Part shown: positions 9,701 to 19,421 of the stretch, one piece after another
How the letters are laid out: every line of letters starts with the position of its first letter
How positions within the stretch are numbered: position 1 is the first letter of the stretch
DNA from: an uncultured delta proteobacterium
Lineage (GTDB): Bacteria > Desulfobacterota > BSN033 > UBA1163
DNA length: 64,000 nucleotides
Direction of reading: 5' to 3'
NCBI GenBank assembly: GCA_963708295.1
Contig: CAVPSJ010000004.1
Span: 1,088,001-1,152,000 of the forward strand
Program-made: the position numbers and the translations under genes
The notes under the pieces: model-generated
Told to the model about the DNA's origin: nothing
The model's database searches: none
What the model saw: the letters and a program-made list of their open reading frames with translations, nothing else

Positions 9701-12700
9701 TAACGTTAACTCTTCGAATTGCCCACTTCTTCCATCAAATGTAGGTCATCTCCCGCCGAAAGTGGAATTGAAAGGCATCGGTACCCGTATAGTCAATATT
9801 ACTACTGGCTCTCAGGAAGGGGGATTTATAGCTGCCACATTCGATAATGTTTACAAAAATGGTTCTTCTTACGACACCTTTGATTCCTCTACGATAGATC
9901 TAACGAAGTGGTGGGGAACCTTGGAGCTTGTCCGAATGGTTGACAATGGTTCACTCGTTTCAGAATTGACCCAACGCGGTGTCAATGGCACGAACAATAT
10001 GAGTCTTGTTGACTCCCAGCATATTTTAGGATTTGAGGCTGATCTGAAAGTTGTTGAATTTCAGAACAGCGGAGCTCGTCCGCTGGCCAGGCTTTATGCC
10101 TCTTTGTATAACGATGGAACTGGAAACAGTACGCCGGGTGATTTGACAGGCGATGTCAATGTTGCAGTTGGGATTTCGGGGCAAGGCAGCAATCTCCAGG
10201 CATTCTTTGCCGTTACGAGATGCCTTGCAAACAACTGTAATTTAGCAGGATGAATATGAGTTTCTTGACCAAGGACAAGGATTCTTCCCTGTACCCATCG
10301 CACTTAATGAGGCTCATAGGTTCTCTATTTCCTGGAACGGATCGAATGTTACCCTTGGTTGCGATGGCAATATAATCTCTTACGACCCAACTTCCGCAGG
10401 CGACGGTTGCTGGACCTCCCAAGGGCCGTAAAGGCATCGGCACCCGCGTGAATGAGATCAATGACGCCGTCTGAATGGGCTTATGTCTCTGCAGCGTTTG
10501 ATAATGTAGTGATCACCGAGATGGACACTGACTTGGATGGTCTTGCAGATAGCTGGGAGATGGCGAACTTCGGAACATTGGGTCAAGGAGCTGGGCGATC
10601 CGGACGGCGATGGTTTAACGAACCTCCAGGAGTACCAATACGGGACTAACCCGAACCAAGCAAACGGGCCATATACCATCAGTGCCACAGCAGGAGCTGG
10701 TGGAGGCATCACTCCTTCCGGAGCAGTGACTGTTAATTATGGAGGTAGCCAAACATTTAACATCACAATTAATTCCGGCTACCATATTGCTGATGTGGTG
10801 GTGGACGGCGTCTCTCAGGGTACGATCCCCAGCTACACCTTCACCAATGTCACTGCTGGTCATACGATCTCAGTTACCTTTGCAAGCGATACGTATACGA
10901 TCACGGCCTCTGCGGGGCCGAACGGGAGCATCACACCCTCCGGGGCGGTGTCAGTGAATTATGGATCTGATCAGACTTTTACCATTGCTCCAGATCCAGG
11001 CTATCACGTTGAAAGCGTATCGGTCGATGGAGGAGCACTGACTCCGCCACCTACTACCTATACCTTCACGAATGTGACCGCTGACCACACCATCAGCACA
11101 ACCTTCAGCATTAATCCGACTATTTCCAGCATCGCACCCAATTATGGCACCATAGCAAATAACCCTCTAAACTTCACCCTTTACGGCACGGGGTTTAATG
11201 CGGGAGCGACTGTACAATTAACCAATTTTGTGTTGATAGACCCAACCCTACCGAATCCAGGTTCCATAGATGCCACAGGTGTTAGCGTTAGCGGTGGGGG
11301 AACGTCTATCAATGGCCGGTTTGATCTTACGAAAGCGGGTATAGGGCAGTATGATGTTGTGGTAACAAACCCCGATGGCCAGTCAGCGATTCTCAGCAAA
11401 GGGTTCACAGTTCTAGATACAAACCCGCCTGTTACTACGGCCATCCCGCGCGGTGCGACTTACAACGCCTCCCTGAGTGTCACCTTGCTGACCAACGAAC
11501 CGGCCACCATTCACTACACTACGGATGGGAGTGAGCCCAGTTTAGGTTCCGCGCAATACACGAATCCTATCCCCATATCAGCGACGACCACCCTTAAATT
11601 CTTTGCCATCGATGCCGCTGGGAATCCTGAAGCCACCAAAACTGAGATTTATACGATAGACACGAGATTTGGGGCGATCGCTGTTCTCGATTCCCCAACA
11701 CCTGAATTGATCATCCCGGTTACGTCGATATTCACTTTCCCCGACGGGGGGACCCGAGCAATTGTGGTAGATTGTCACAAGGTGAACCATACGTTGAGGG
11801 ATTCGGAGGGCAACGTGCTGCTCCCAACGGACTATCTCAAGCATTATGTGATTGGGCCTCCAGATACTCCGGGGAGTGATGTTAAAACCTATTCCGGCGA
11901 CGTGCCGGTAACCTGCGATCTCGCTCAGCTTTATCCGCCCGAGTCCCTGCTCGTTGGAGACTACACCCTTGAGGTCAACTACTCCAACTTCTTCCAGCCT
12001 CCGGGAATCCATCTCTTCCAGGGGATCTATAAGCGCGGTTCCAATCCCTGTTCACGTTGCCGAGGCCATCGCTACGCATATCATAACGGCCGAGGCGGGA
12101 GCCGGAGGGAGCATCTTGCTAGCCGATTCCGTTGTGTCCGGTCCGGTTGTGGTCAGGCACGAGAGTAGTCCGACCTTCGCCATTGCTCCAGATCCACGCT
12201 ATCACGTTCAAGACGTTTTGGTGGATGGGGTTTCACAGGGAGCGATTACCAGTTATACCTTCACGAATGTAACCGCTGATGACCATACCATCAGCGCAAC
12301 CTTCGGCATTAATCCTCTGACTATTTCCAGCATCACGCCCAATTATGGCACCATAGCAAATAACGCTCGAGGCTTCACCCTTGAGGGGACGGGGTTTAAC
12401 GCGGAAACGACTGTACAACTAACCAATTTTGTGTTGATAGACCCAACCCTACCGAATCCAGGATCCATTGATGCTACAGTTGATACCGTTGGGGGAACGT
12501 CTATCACTGGCCGGGTTGATCTTACGAAAGCGGGTATAGGGCAGTATGATGTCGTGGTAACAAGCCCTGATGGCCAGTCAGCGATTCTCCCCAAAGGGTT
12601 CACAGTTCTAGATACAAACCCGCCTGTTACTACGGCCATCCCGCGCGGTGCGACTTACAACGCCTCCTCTGAGTGTCACCTTGCAGGCGAACGAACCGGC

Positions 12701-14221
12701 CACGATTTACTACACTACGGATGGGAGTGAACCCAGGTTAGGTTCCCCGCAATACACGAATCCTATCCCGATATCAGCCACGACCACCCTTAAATTCTTT
12801 GCCATCGATGCCGCTGGGAATCCTGAAGCGACCAAAACTGAGACTTATACGATAGACACGGGATTCAAGGCGACCGCCGTACTCGCAACCCCAACACCTG
12901 AATTGATCATCCCGGTTACGTCGACATTCACTTTTCCTGAGGGGACCCAAGCAATTGTGGTAGATTGTTACAAGGTGAACCATACGCTGAGAGATTCAAA
13001 TGGCAACGTGCTGCCCATAACGGACTATCTCAAGCATTATGTCATTGGACCCCCAGATACTCCGGGGAGTGATGTTAAAACCTACTCCGGCGACGTGCAG
13101 GTGACCTGCGATCTCGCTAAGCTGTATCCGCCCGATGCCCTGCAGCTTGGAAATTACACCCTTGAGGTCAACTATTCCAACTTCTTCCAGCCTCCGGGAA
13201 TCCAACTCTTCCGGGGATCTATGAGCGCGATCCAATCCCTGTTCGCGTTGCCGAAGCCATCACTACCCATATCATCACGACCGAGGCGGGAGCCGGAGGG
13301 AGCATCTTCCTATCCGGTTCCGTTGTGTCGGGTCGCGTTGTGGTCAGGGACGGGAGTAGTCCGAGCTTCACCATTGCTCCAGATCCAAGCTATCAGGTCC
13401 AAGACGTATTGGTGGATGGGGTCTCACAGGGAGCCATCTCTTCCTATACCTTCGGCGATGTCCGTGCTGGTCACACGATTTCAGCCACCTTTGCGATCAA
13501 CACTTACACCATTACGGCCACGGCTGGAGCCCATGGAAGTATCACTCCCTCCGGGACGGTGACAGTGAATTATGGGGCTAACAAGACCTTCACGATTAAG
13601 CCGAATACAAGTTACCACGTGGCGAATGTGTTGGTGGATGGAGTCTCGGTGGGTGCAGTCACCACTTATACCTTTAGTAATGTGAACGCGAACCACACGA
13701 TCTTGGCAACTTTTGCGATTAGTACTTACACCATTACGGCCACGGCTGGAGCCCATGGAAGTATCACTCCCTCCGGGACGGTGACAGTGAATTATGGGGC
13801 TAACAAGACCTTCACGATTAAGCCGAATACAAGTTACCACGTGGCGAATGTGTTGGTGGATGGAGTCTCGGTGGGTGCAGTCACCACTTATACCTTTAGT
13901 AATGTGAACGCGAACCACACGATCTCGGCAACTTTTACGAGTAACACCTATCTCCTCACTGTTAGAAAAGCCGGTACGGGTTCCGGAGATGTTACTGCTT
14001 CACCCGGAACCCTTACTTGGAATGGCAATGTGGGGACAGCCATGTACAACGCTGGCACAAAGGTAACGCTAACAGCCACCGCAAATACAGGATCTACCTT
14101 TACGGGCTGGTCTGCGTCCTGTTCAGGAACCGGGAGTTGCTCGACCGTAATAATTGGGTCTAAGGTCACGGTGAATATGTGTGGGCCATGCAATGCCACA
14201 GCAACTTTTAGGAAGAAATGA
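3731..14221 (+). CDS. Giant (~3,500 aa) secreted mosaic surface protein, split in this consensus by ~7 frameshifts (ORF pieces 3822-10253, 10452-10649, 10537-12168, 11954-12730, 12648-13562, 13325-14221)
   Basis: RBS GGGAGGA + ATG 3731 gives a signal peptide (..ILISLVLVALTGTLAFA) after removing one T near 3821; SBBP propeller repeats (YSTYLGG..IAVDGSGNVY), InlB-B-like, second propeller (WQKTYGG..IQQTSDGGYIVAG), BACON-like, DxDxDG Ca-binding repeats, plant-type LRR, FN3, duplicated unknown domain, IPT/TIG-like, YTTDGSEP domain, InlB-B repeats. Confidence 0.8.
10975..13500 (+). repeat. ~1.19-kb internal tandem duplication (2+ units) in the surface-protein gene
   Basis: ccattgctccagatcca recurs at ~10982, ~12180 and ~13371; 11103-12030 closely matches 12301-13225. 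Confidence 0.85.
13502..13940 (+). repeat. Near-identical 222-bp tandem duplication (74-aa InlB-B-like repeat)
   Basis: acttacaccattacggcc at 13502 and 13724; aaccacacga at 13691 and 13913. Confidence 0.9.
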
Positions 14222-14344
14222 AGCGAATGATAATCTATTGGTAACCATGAAAGAGAAAGGGGAATGACCATGAAAAGGAAACGAAGTGAAGGATCATCGA
14301 TGATCCGGGAGAACATGAACCCAATAATAAAGGAGGTGATTCAG

Positions 14345-15214
14345 ATGAAAAGGAGAGAAGGGTTAGGGTCATGGATGTACGCAATGCTGATGACAGTGGC
14401 TGTAATGGGCATGAGCTTGCTCGTGAGTCAGGTACCCGCGCAAGCTGCCGTTGACTGTGCTACTGTCAGTGCAACTAGCAAGACGGACACGGACGGTGAT
14501 GGTTTTACGGACTATGACGAATGTAGGGGGATTACGTTTGCAGGGGGCGGCACTTTTCCTGGAAAGAACACCGCGAATAGGCCAACTGACAGATCCCAAT
14601 ATCTCGATCCCGATACCAAGGACCTCTTCATCATCGTAGCCAGGAAAACGCCTACCCTTATGCCCCCGAAACCCACGAATGCGGAGGATGTGGCCTATTG
14701 GTTTGAGTATGTCTCCCATCCCGTGGGCCAGAGCACGGGCCAGTTCGGCCTCGGGTTTGCTGTCCACGAGATCACTGCGACAAATGCGGCTACCGATCGG
14801 ACAGTATGTCCTAAAACAGGTTCAACAGCCTGCCAAATACCGACGGGCCAAACCGCCAGACAAAAAGCGGTGAAGATAAGCGAAAGTTTGGACCAGACCG
14901 CCGACAACACACTTGGATATACCAGCAGTTGCGGAACTCCAAACGGTCCAGACCTTACGACGGTTTATACCCAAAAGATATATAATTTGCTTTCCAGAAT
15001 TGGTCAACAGAGTCAAGTGGACCTATATATCAAGCACACGATTGCCCATGAAATCGGGCATACGGTTGGTCCGTTGGCGCCAGTTTCGGGCTACCACTAT
15101 GAATCCGCAAACAATAATCTTATCATGGACAAGTCAGTCTATCAGTCGGGGAACAACGTTTATGTTGGGACGCAGTACACTACCGGTGACCAGGCCGGAA
15201 TTCACTTAAAATGA
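14345..15214 (+). CDS. Secreted putative Zn-metallopeptidase with DxDxDG Ca-binding motif
   Basis: AGGAGG RBS before MKRREG; signal peptide ending AQAA; DTDGDGFTDYDE; HTIAHEIGH (HEXXH). Confidence 0.65.
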   Translation: MKRREGLGSWMYAMLMTVAVMGMSLLVSQVPAQAAVDCATVSATSKTDTDGDGFTDYDECRGITFAGGGTFPGKNTANRPTDRSQYLDPDTKDLFIIVARKTPTLMPPKPTNAEDVAYWFEYVSHPVGQSTGQFGLGFAVHEITATNAATDRTVCPKTGSTACQIPTGQTARQKAVKISESLDQTADNTLGYTSSCGTPNGPDLTTVYTQKIYNLLSRIGQQSQVDLYIKHTIAHEIGHTVGPLAPVSGYHYESANNNLIMDKSVYQSGNNVYVGTQYTTGDQAGIHLK

Positions 15215-15319
15215 ACATCCTTGTAAAGTAAATGCGAAATACCCCCAAACATCTCCCCTCCCCATGCGGGAGGGGGGATTTAGAAGATATCACCAAGAAA
15301 CAAAAAGGAGGATTAGACT

Positions 15320-15844
15320 ATGAAGAAAAGTATGGGAGTGCTTATTTTTTTGTTCTTGGCAGGAATGATTCTGGGGACCATACAACCAGCTATGCTTTTT
15401 GCAGGTGAGACAGGAGGAGGCAACATCTGGGATCAATTTGTATATAATAAGTCTTTTTCGGGAATCAAGCTGCAGGGACCATTAAGCATCTATTACGAGT
15501 ATAATTTTGCGGGAGGAGACTTTGTGTATTGCGGGAGCGAGGGGGAATCGTACATGGTAACCATGTACTATACAGTGAGATTGAAAAAAGCAGGCGATCC
15601 GACTCTTTGGGTGTTCGAGGGGTCGTCTCAGCGGTCTCATTCTTGCGGAATCTGCTTGAACGACATATTAGGTCAAGGAGAGGAAATAAACAATTTCTTA
15701 GGAGATATTGTTCTTGGAAATATTGTTGCGATTCCACCGATTTTTCCAAACGGGGTTAAAGAATGGCATTTGACATCTATTGATAACGCTCAATTTTACG
15801 ATCGAGCTTACCCCCAAGTAGAGCATTTGTTGCGGATATTGTAA
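15320..15844 (+). CDS. Secreted hypothetical protein (C-terminus possibly frameshifted)
   Basis: AGGAGG RBS; N-terminal signal peptide MKKSMGVLIFLFLAGMILG. Confidence 0.65.
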   Translation: MKKSMGVLIFLFLAGMILGTIQPAMLFAGETGGGNIWDQFVYNKSFSGIKLQGPLSIYYEYNFAGGDFVYCGSEGESYMVTMYYTVRLKKAGDPTLWVFEGSSQRSHSCGICLNDILGQGEEINNFLGDIVLGNIVAIPPIFPNGVKEWHLTSIDNAQFYDRAYPQVEHLLRIL

Positions 15845-16067
15845 TTAAAGCAAAGCCACAGTAAAGCAGTAAGCCGCTTAGCCGGTAAGGAATAAACAAG
15901 CGGTTTAAAGGAGCGCCTTAAACGGGTCGCGGCAGGTGTGTGTTTGCATGCCCGTTTAGGTTGTGCGGAGCCGGGTCCTATTTCATTCGTCCTTGATGAC
16001 GAATTAAATTTTGCTCGGAGGTGTCACCTGTGATCATATTATGCCACACGGTTCAAAAGGAAGAAGT

Positions 16068-16295
16068 ATGAAGAAACTGTCAATACGGGAGGTTCGCCAG
16101 TCGCTGTCACATTTGGATCGGTTGCTTGCGATTGAGGGAGAAGTCATGATCACCCGTCGTGGAGACCCGATTGCTAAGGTAGTTCAAGTTGGAAAGAAGA
16201 GACCCATTCCTTCACACCGTGATCTTCGCGAGGGGATGAAGCGGATACATAAGGGAAGCGAGACTGTGCTCCGCAAGGACAGAGACGAAAGATGA
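16068..16295 (+). CDS. Phd/YefM antitoxin
   Basis: MKKLSIREVR...GEVMITRRGDPIAKV; imperfect palindrome TGTGATCATATTATGCCACA upstream. Confidence 0.85.
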   Translation: MKKLSIREVRQSLSHLDRLLAIEGEVMITRRGDPIAKVVQVGKKRPIPSHRDLREGMKRIHKGSETVLRKDRDER

Positions 16296-16768
16296 AGCAA
16301 ATTATCTATTTTGATACAAGCGCCTTGGCGAAATGGTACCTTCCAGAAGAACAGTCGAATGAAGTTGAGAAATATATTCAAGAACACGGTCCTGTTGCGA
16401 TCAGCGAGCTTACCGTGGTGGAAATGCGCGACCTTCTCGCCAGACATCGGAGGGAAGGAACCCTTGATCTGAACTCAGAGATAAGGGTATTTGCCAGCTT
16501 CGAAGAAGACATTCGACAGAAGTTTCTGATCTGTTACCCGCTTTCTGATAGTGTGGCACGAGGTGCGGTCAACCTCTTATCGGTTCTTTGCGATCTGCCG
16601 CTCCGAATGGTCGACGCGATGCATCTGGCAATGGCAAAGGAAATCCAGACAGAGGTTCTTGTCACGGCTGACCCTATCATGGCAAGCGCCGGAGAGAAAT
16701 TAGGTCTATCTGTGGTAAGATTTGACGGCCGAGAAATCCAATCTGTACCAATCTCCAGAGAGGGATAA
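16292..16768 (+). CDS. vapC: PIN-domain (VapC) toxin
   Basis: IYFDTSALAKWY...DAMHLA...VTAD; ATGA overlap with antitoxin. Confidence 0.9.
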   Translation: MKQIIYFDTSALAKWYLPEEQSNEVEKYIQEHGPVAISELTVVEMRDLLARHRREGTLDLNSEIRVFASFEEDIRQKFLICYPLSDSVARGAVNLLSVLCDLPLRMVDAMHLAMAKEIQTEVLVTADPIMASAGEKLGLSVVRFDGREIQSVPISREG

Positions 16769-16868
16769 CTTGGAAGGACGTTTCCGGCTTGCTACAAATC
16801 TGTTCTGTGGGGTCAGTGGCCTTGTTGTTCTGACTGCTATGATACAGTAATGGGGTCCGAGAGGGAGC

Positions 16869-19382
16869 ATGGCAAAACGCATTCATAGTTCAACGCTGTT
16901 TTTCTACGCCCTGATCGCCGTCATGGCCTCGGTTTCGATTGTTACCTTTGTGTCCGCATTGTCATGGCTGAATAGGCCTTTTGCAGGATTCCTAACTTAT
17001 CAGGATGCTTTTGTCTCGGTTTCAGGAACACAAGACTGGTCCGGCCCCAAGGCAGGGATTAAGTTTGGAGAGCGAATTGTTGCGGTTGACGATAAACCTG
17101 TATGTGGAGGCCGAGACCTCGTAGCCATGGTCAAGAAAAAGCAGTTCGGGACACCCGCCCGCTATCTCGTAGAATCCGATGGCAAAACCCGCGAAGTCAT
17201 CGTGCCTGTGAGCAAATTCAGTGCAACCGATTTTGTCCTCGTTTATGTGGCGCCGCTTTTGGCAGGCCTGTTGCTTTATGGCCTCGGTTGCAGCGTCTAT
17301 GTGCTAAAACCGAATACCTCAACGAGTTGGGTATTCCTCGTAGCCTGTTTTGGTATGGGGACGATGATCCTTGCCGGGCTTGAAAATCAAACCTCTTATA
17401 TTCTTACGCCTTTTTTTTGGGTCATTAATGCCGTGTGGCCTTTTACCTTTCTCCACCTTTTCTTGATATTTCCAGAAAGACATCGCCTCCTGATGCGTTT
17501 TCCGAAATTTGAATATCTCCTCTATGTGCCAGCCTTGATCCTGATTACTGTTTGGGAGGTTTATTTGCTGATCTACCCGCAGGTTTTGAGTGGGGAGTCA
17601 GCATCCTGGTTTCCAACCTACAGAGAACTGGGTCGCGTCAACAGTTTGTTCAGGCTTATCTGCGTCGTCAGTCTCTTCTTCCTCATCTTATCCTCCATCC
17701 TCAAACCTTTCACGAGCCAGGCCCGTCAGCGGGCGAAAGTTATTTTCTGGGGGGTGGTTCTCGCCTTTGGGCCACCGGTCATCGTCATGACGCTTTTCTT
17801 TTTCGTCAAGGTCAACGTCCCTTGGAATCTTCTTGTGTTTTTCACCGTCCTCTTCCCGGCATCCATCGCCTATTCCATTGTCCGACACAACCTTTTCGAC
17901 GCCGATACGGTGATCAAACTCACGGTGGGCTATGTGGTGGTGACGGCTGTCATTGTTGGGGCCTATGCAGTGGTGAGCATCGGCTTCAATGTCTTTTTAG
18001 GCAAATACGAGTTGGCGCAATCGCGAGCCTTTCCTATTCTTTTTACCGTGGCCATTATCTTCTTGATTAACCCTCTTCGCGATCGGATACAACGGGTTGT
18101 GGATCGTCTCTTTTTCCGTAAGGAGTATGACGAGGGAGAGATCGTTAACAAGATCAGCGCGGCAATTACCTCCCTGATGGATCTGGGCCAGGTGCTTAAT
18201 CGGTTGACGCGGACGTTCATTGAGGAGATGTTTATTAATACGATCTCCGTGATGCTCTTGAACCCCGCGACCGCCGAGTACCAGGTGTATGTTGTGGAAG
18301 GAGAAGGGAGGGGTGAGATTGAGGGGAGACGTTTCAAAAGAGACGAACCGCTCATTCGAATCCTCGAAGAGGAGAAAAAGGAGTTGACCCGGTATGACGT
18401 ACTGGAAGATCCGAGGCATAAAGAAGTATGTCAACAGTGTGCAAAAAACTTCGATAGCCTTCATGCAACCCTGATGGTTCCGTTGGTCTTCAAGGATTGT
18501 GTCATCGGACTTATGAGCTTAGGGGAGAAGAAATCCGGAAAGTCCTTCAATCGTGAAGACATTAATTTGCTTCATTCCGTGGCCAATCAGGGTGCGGTGG
18601 CCATTGAGAATGCAAGGCTTTTCAAAGAGAACCTGGATAAACAGCGAATGGAAGAAGAGCTGGCCATTGCCCGGGATCTGCAGTTAAGCATGCTTCCTGC
18701 GTCCTGCCCTCAGATGGAGGGATTTGAAATCGCAGCGCTGTCCACTCCTGCCAGAGAAGTCGGGGGGGATTTCTTTGATTTTATTGAAATGGAGGATGGA
18801 ATAATCGGGTTTGTGGTTGGGGACGTGACCGGCAAGAGCGTCTCAGGGGCCCTCGTGATGTCTTCCTCTCGCAGTGTTTTCCGGATGCTGTCGGAAGCGA
18901 AGTTGAATGTCGGAGAAATCATGATTAGAGCCAACCGGCGGATGAAGAAAGACCTCAAGAGCGGCATCTTCGTGGCCTTGCTCTATGCCGTGCTGGATCC
19001 GAAGACGCGAGTCTTGAGTCTGTGCAGCGCAGGACAGACACAACCTATCCATTTCTCCACAGAAACCGGAAGGGCGAGGCTGGTGCAGACAGAGGGGGAC
19101 ACCTTTCCCATAGGCATCCTTGATGAAGTGGATTACAAGGAAACCCGCCTACCGCTTGCCCCTGGAGACACACTGGTATTCTATACGGACGGCATTGTGG
19201 AGGCGACGAACGAACAAGGGGAAATGTTCGGCTTTGAGCGACTCCTGGACTTGGTTCAAGAAGCGCGGTCTATCAACGCGGACCGGCTCCTGAAGGAGAT
19301 TTTGGAGAGGGTCAGCGCCTTCGTGGGAGCCGCTCCTCAACATGATGACCTAACGGCAATCGCGGTGAGTGTTTCAGGATAA
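16869..19382 (+). CDS. Membrane sensor phosphatase: TM-PDZ-multiTM-GAF-SpoIIE/PP2C (RsbU-like)
   Basis: PDZ-like AGIKFGERIVAVDDKPV; about 9 further TM segments; GAF (LMVPL..IGLMSLGEK..AVAIENARL); PP2C motifs VGGDFFD, GDVTGK, YTDGIVEA, DDLT. Confidence 0.9.
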   Translation: MAKRIHSSTLFFYALIAVMASVSIVTFVSALSWLNRPFAGFLTYQDAFVSVSGTQDWSGPKAGIKFGERIVAVDDKPVCGGRDLVAMVKKKQFGTPARYLVESDGKTREVIVPVSKFSATDFVLVYVAPLLAGLLLYGLGCSVYVLKPNTSTSWVFLVACFGMGTMILAGLENQTSYILTPFFWVINAVWPFTFLHLFLIFPERHRLLMRFPKFEYLLYVPALILITVWEVYLLIYPQVLSGESASWFPTYRELGRVNSLFRLICVVSLFFLILSSILKPFTSQARQRAKVIFWGVVLAFGPPVIVMTLFFFVKVNVPWNLLVFFTVLFPASIAYSIVRHNLFDADTVIKLTVGYVVVTAVIVGAYAVVSIGFNVFLGKYELAQSRAFPILFTVAIIFLINPLRDRIQRVVDRLFFRKEYDEGEIVNKISAAITSLMDLGQVLNRLTRTFIEEMFINTISVMLLNPATAEYQVYVVEGEGRGEIEGRRFKRDEPLIRILEEEKKELTRYDVLEDPRHKEVCQQCAKNFDSLHATLMVPLVFKDCVIGLMSLGEKKSGKSFNREDINLLHSVANQGAVAIENARLFKENLDKQRMEEELAIARDLQLSMLPASCPQMEGFEIAALSTPAREVGGDFFDFIEMEDGIIGFVVGDVTGKSVSGALVMSSSRSVFRMLSEAKLNVGEIMIRANRRMKKDLKSGIFVALLYAVLDPKTRVLSLCSAGQTQPIHFSTETGRARLVQTEGDTFPIGILDEVDYKETRLPLAPGDTLVFYTDGIVEATNEQGEMFGFERLLDLVQEARSINADRLLKEILERVSAFVGAAPQHDDLTAIAVSVSG

Positions 19383-19421
19383 GACTTACTATCTTTTAAA
19401 GCCGTTCCAACACGGTTTGCT

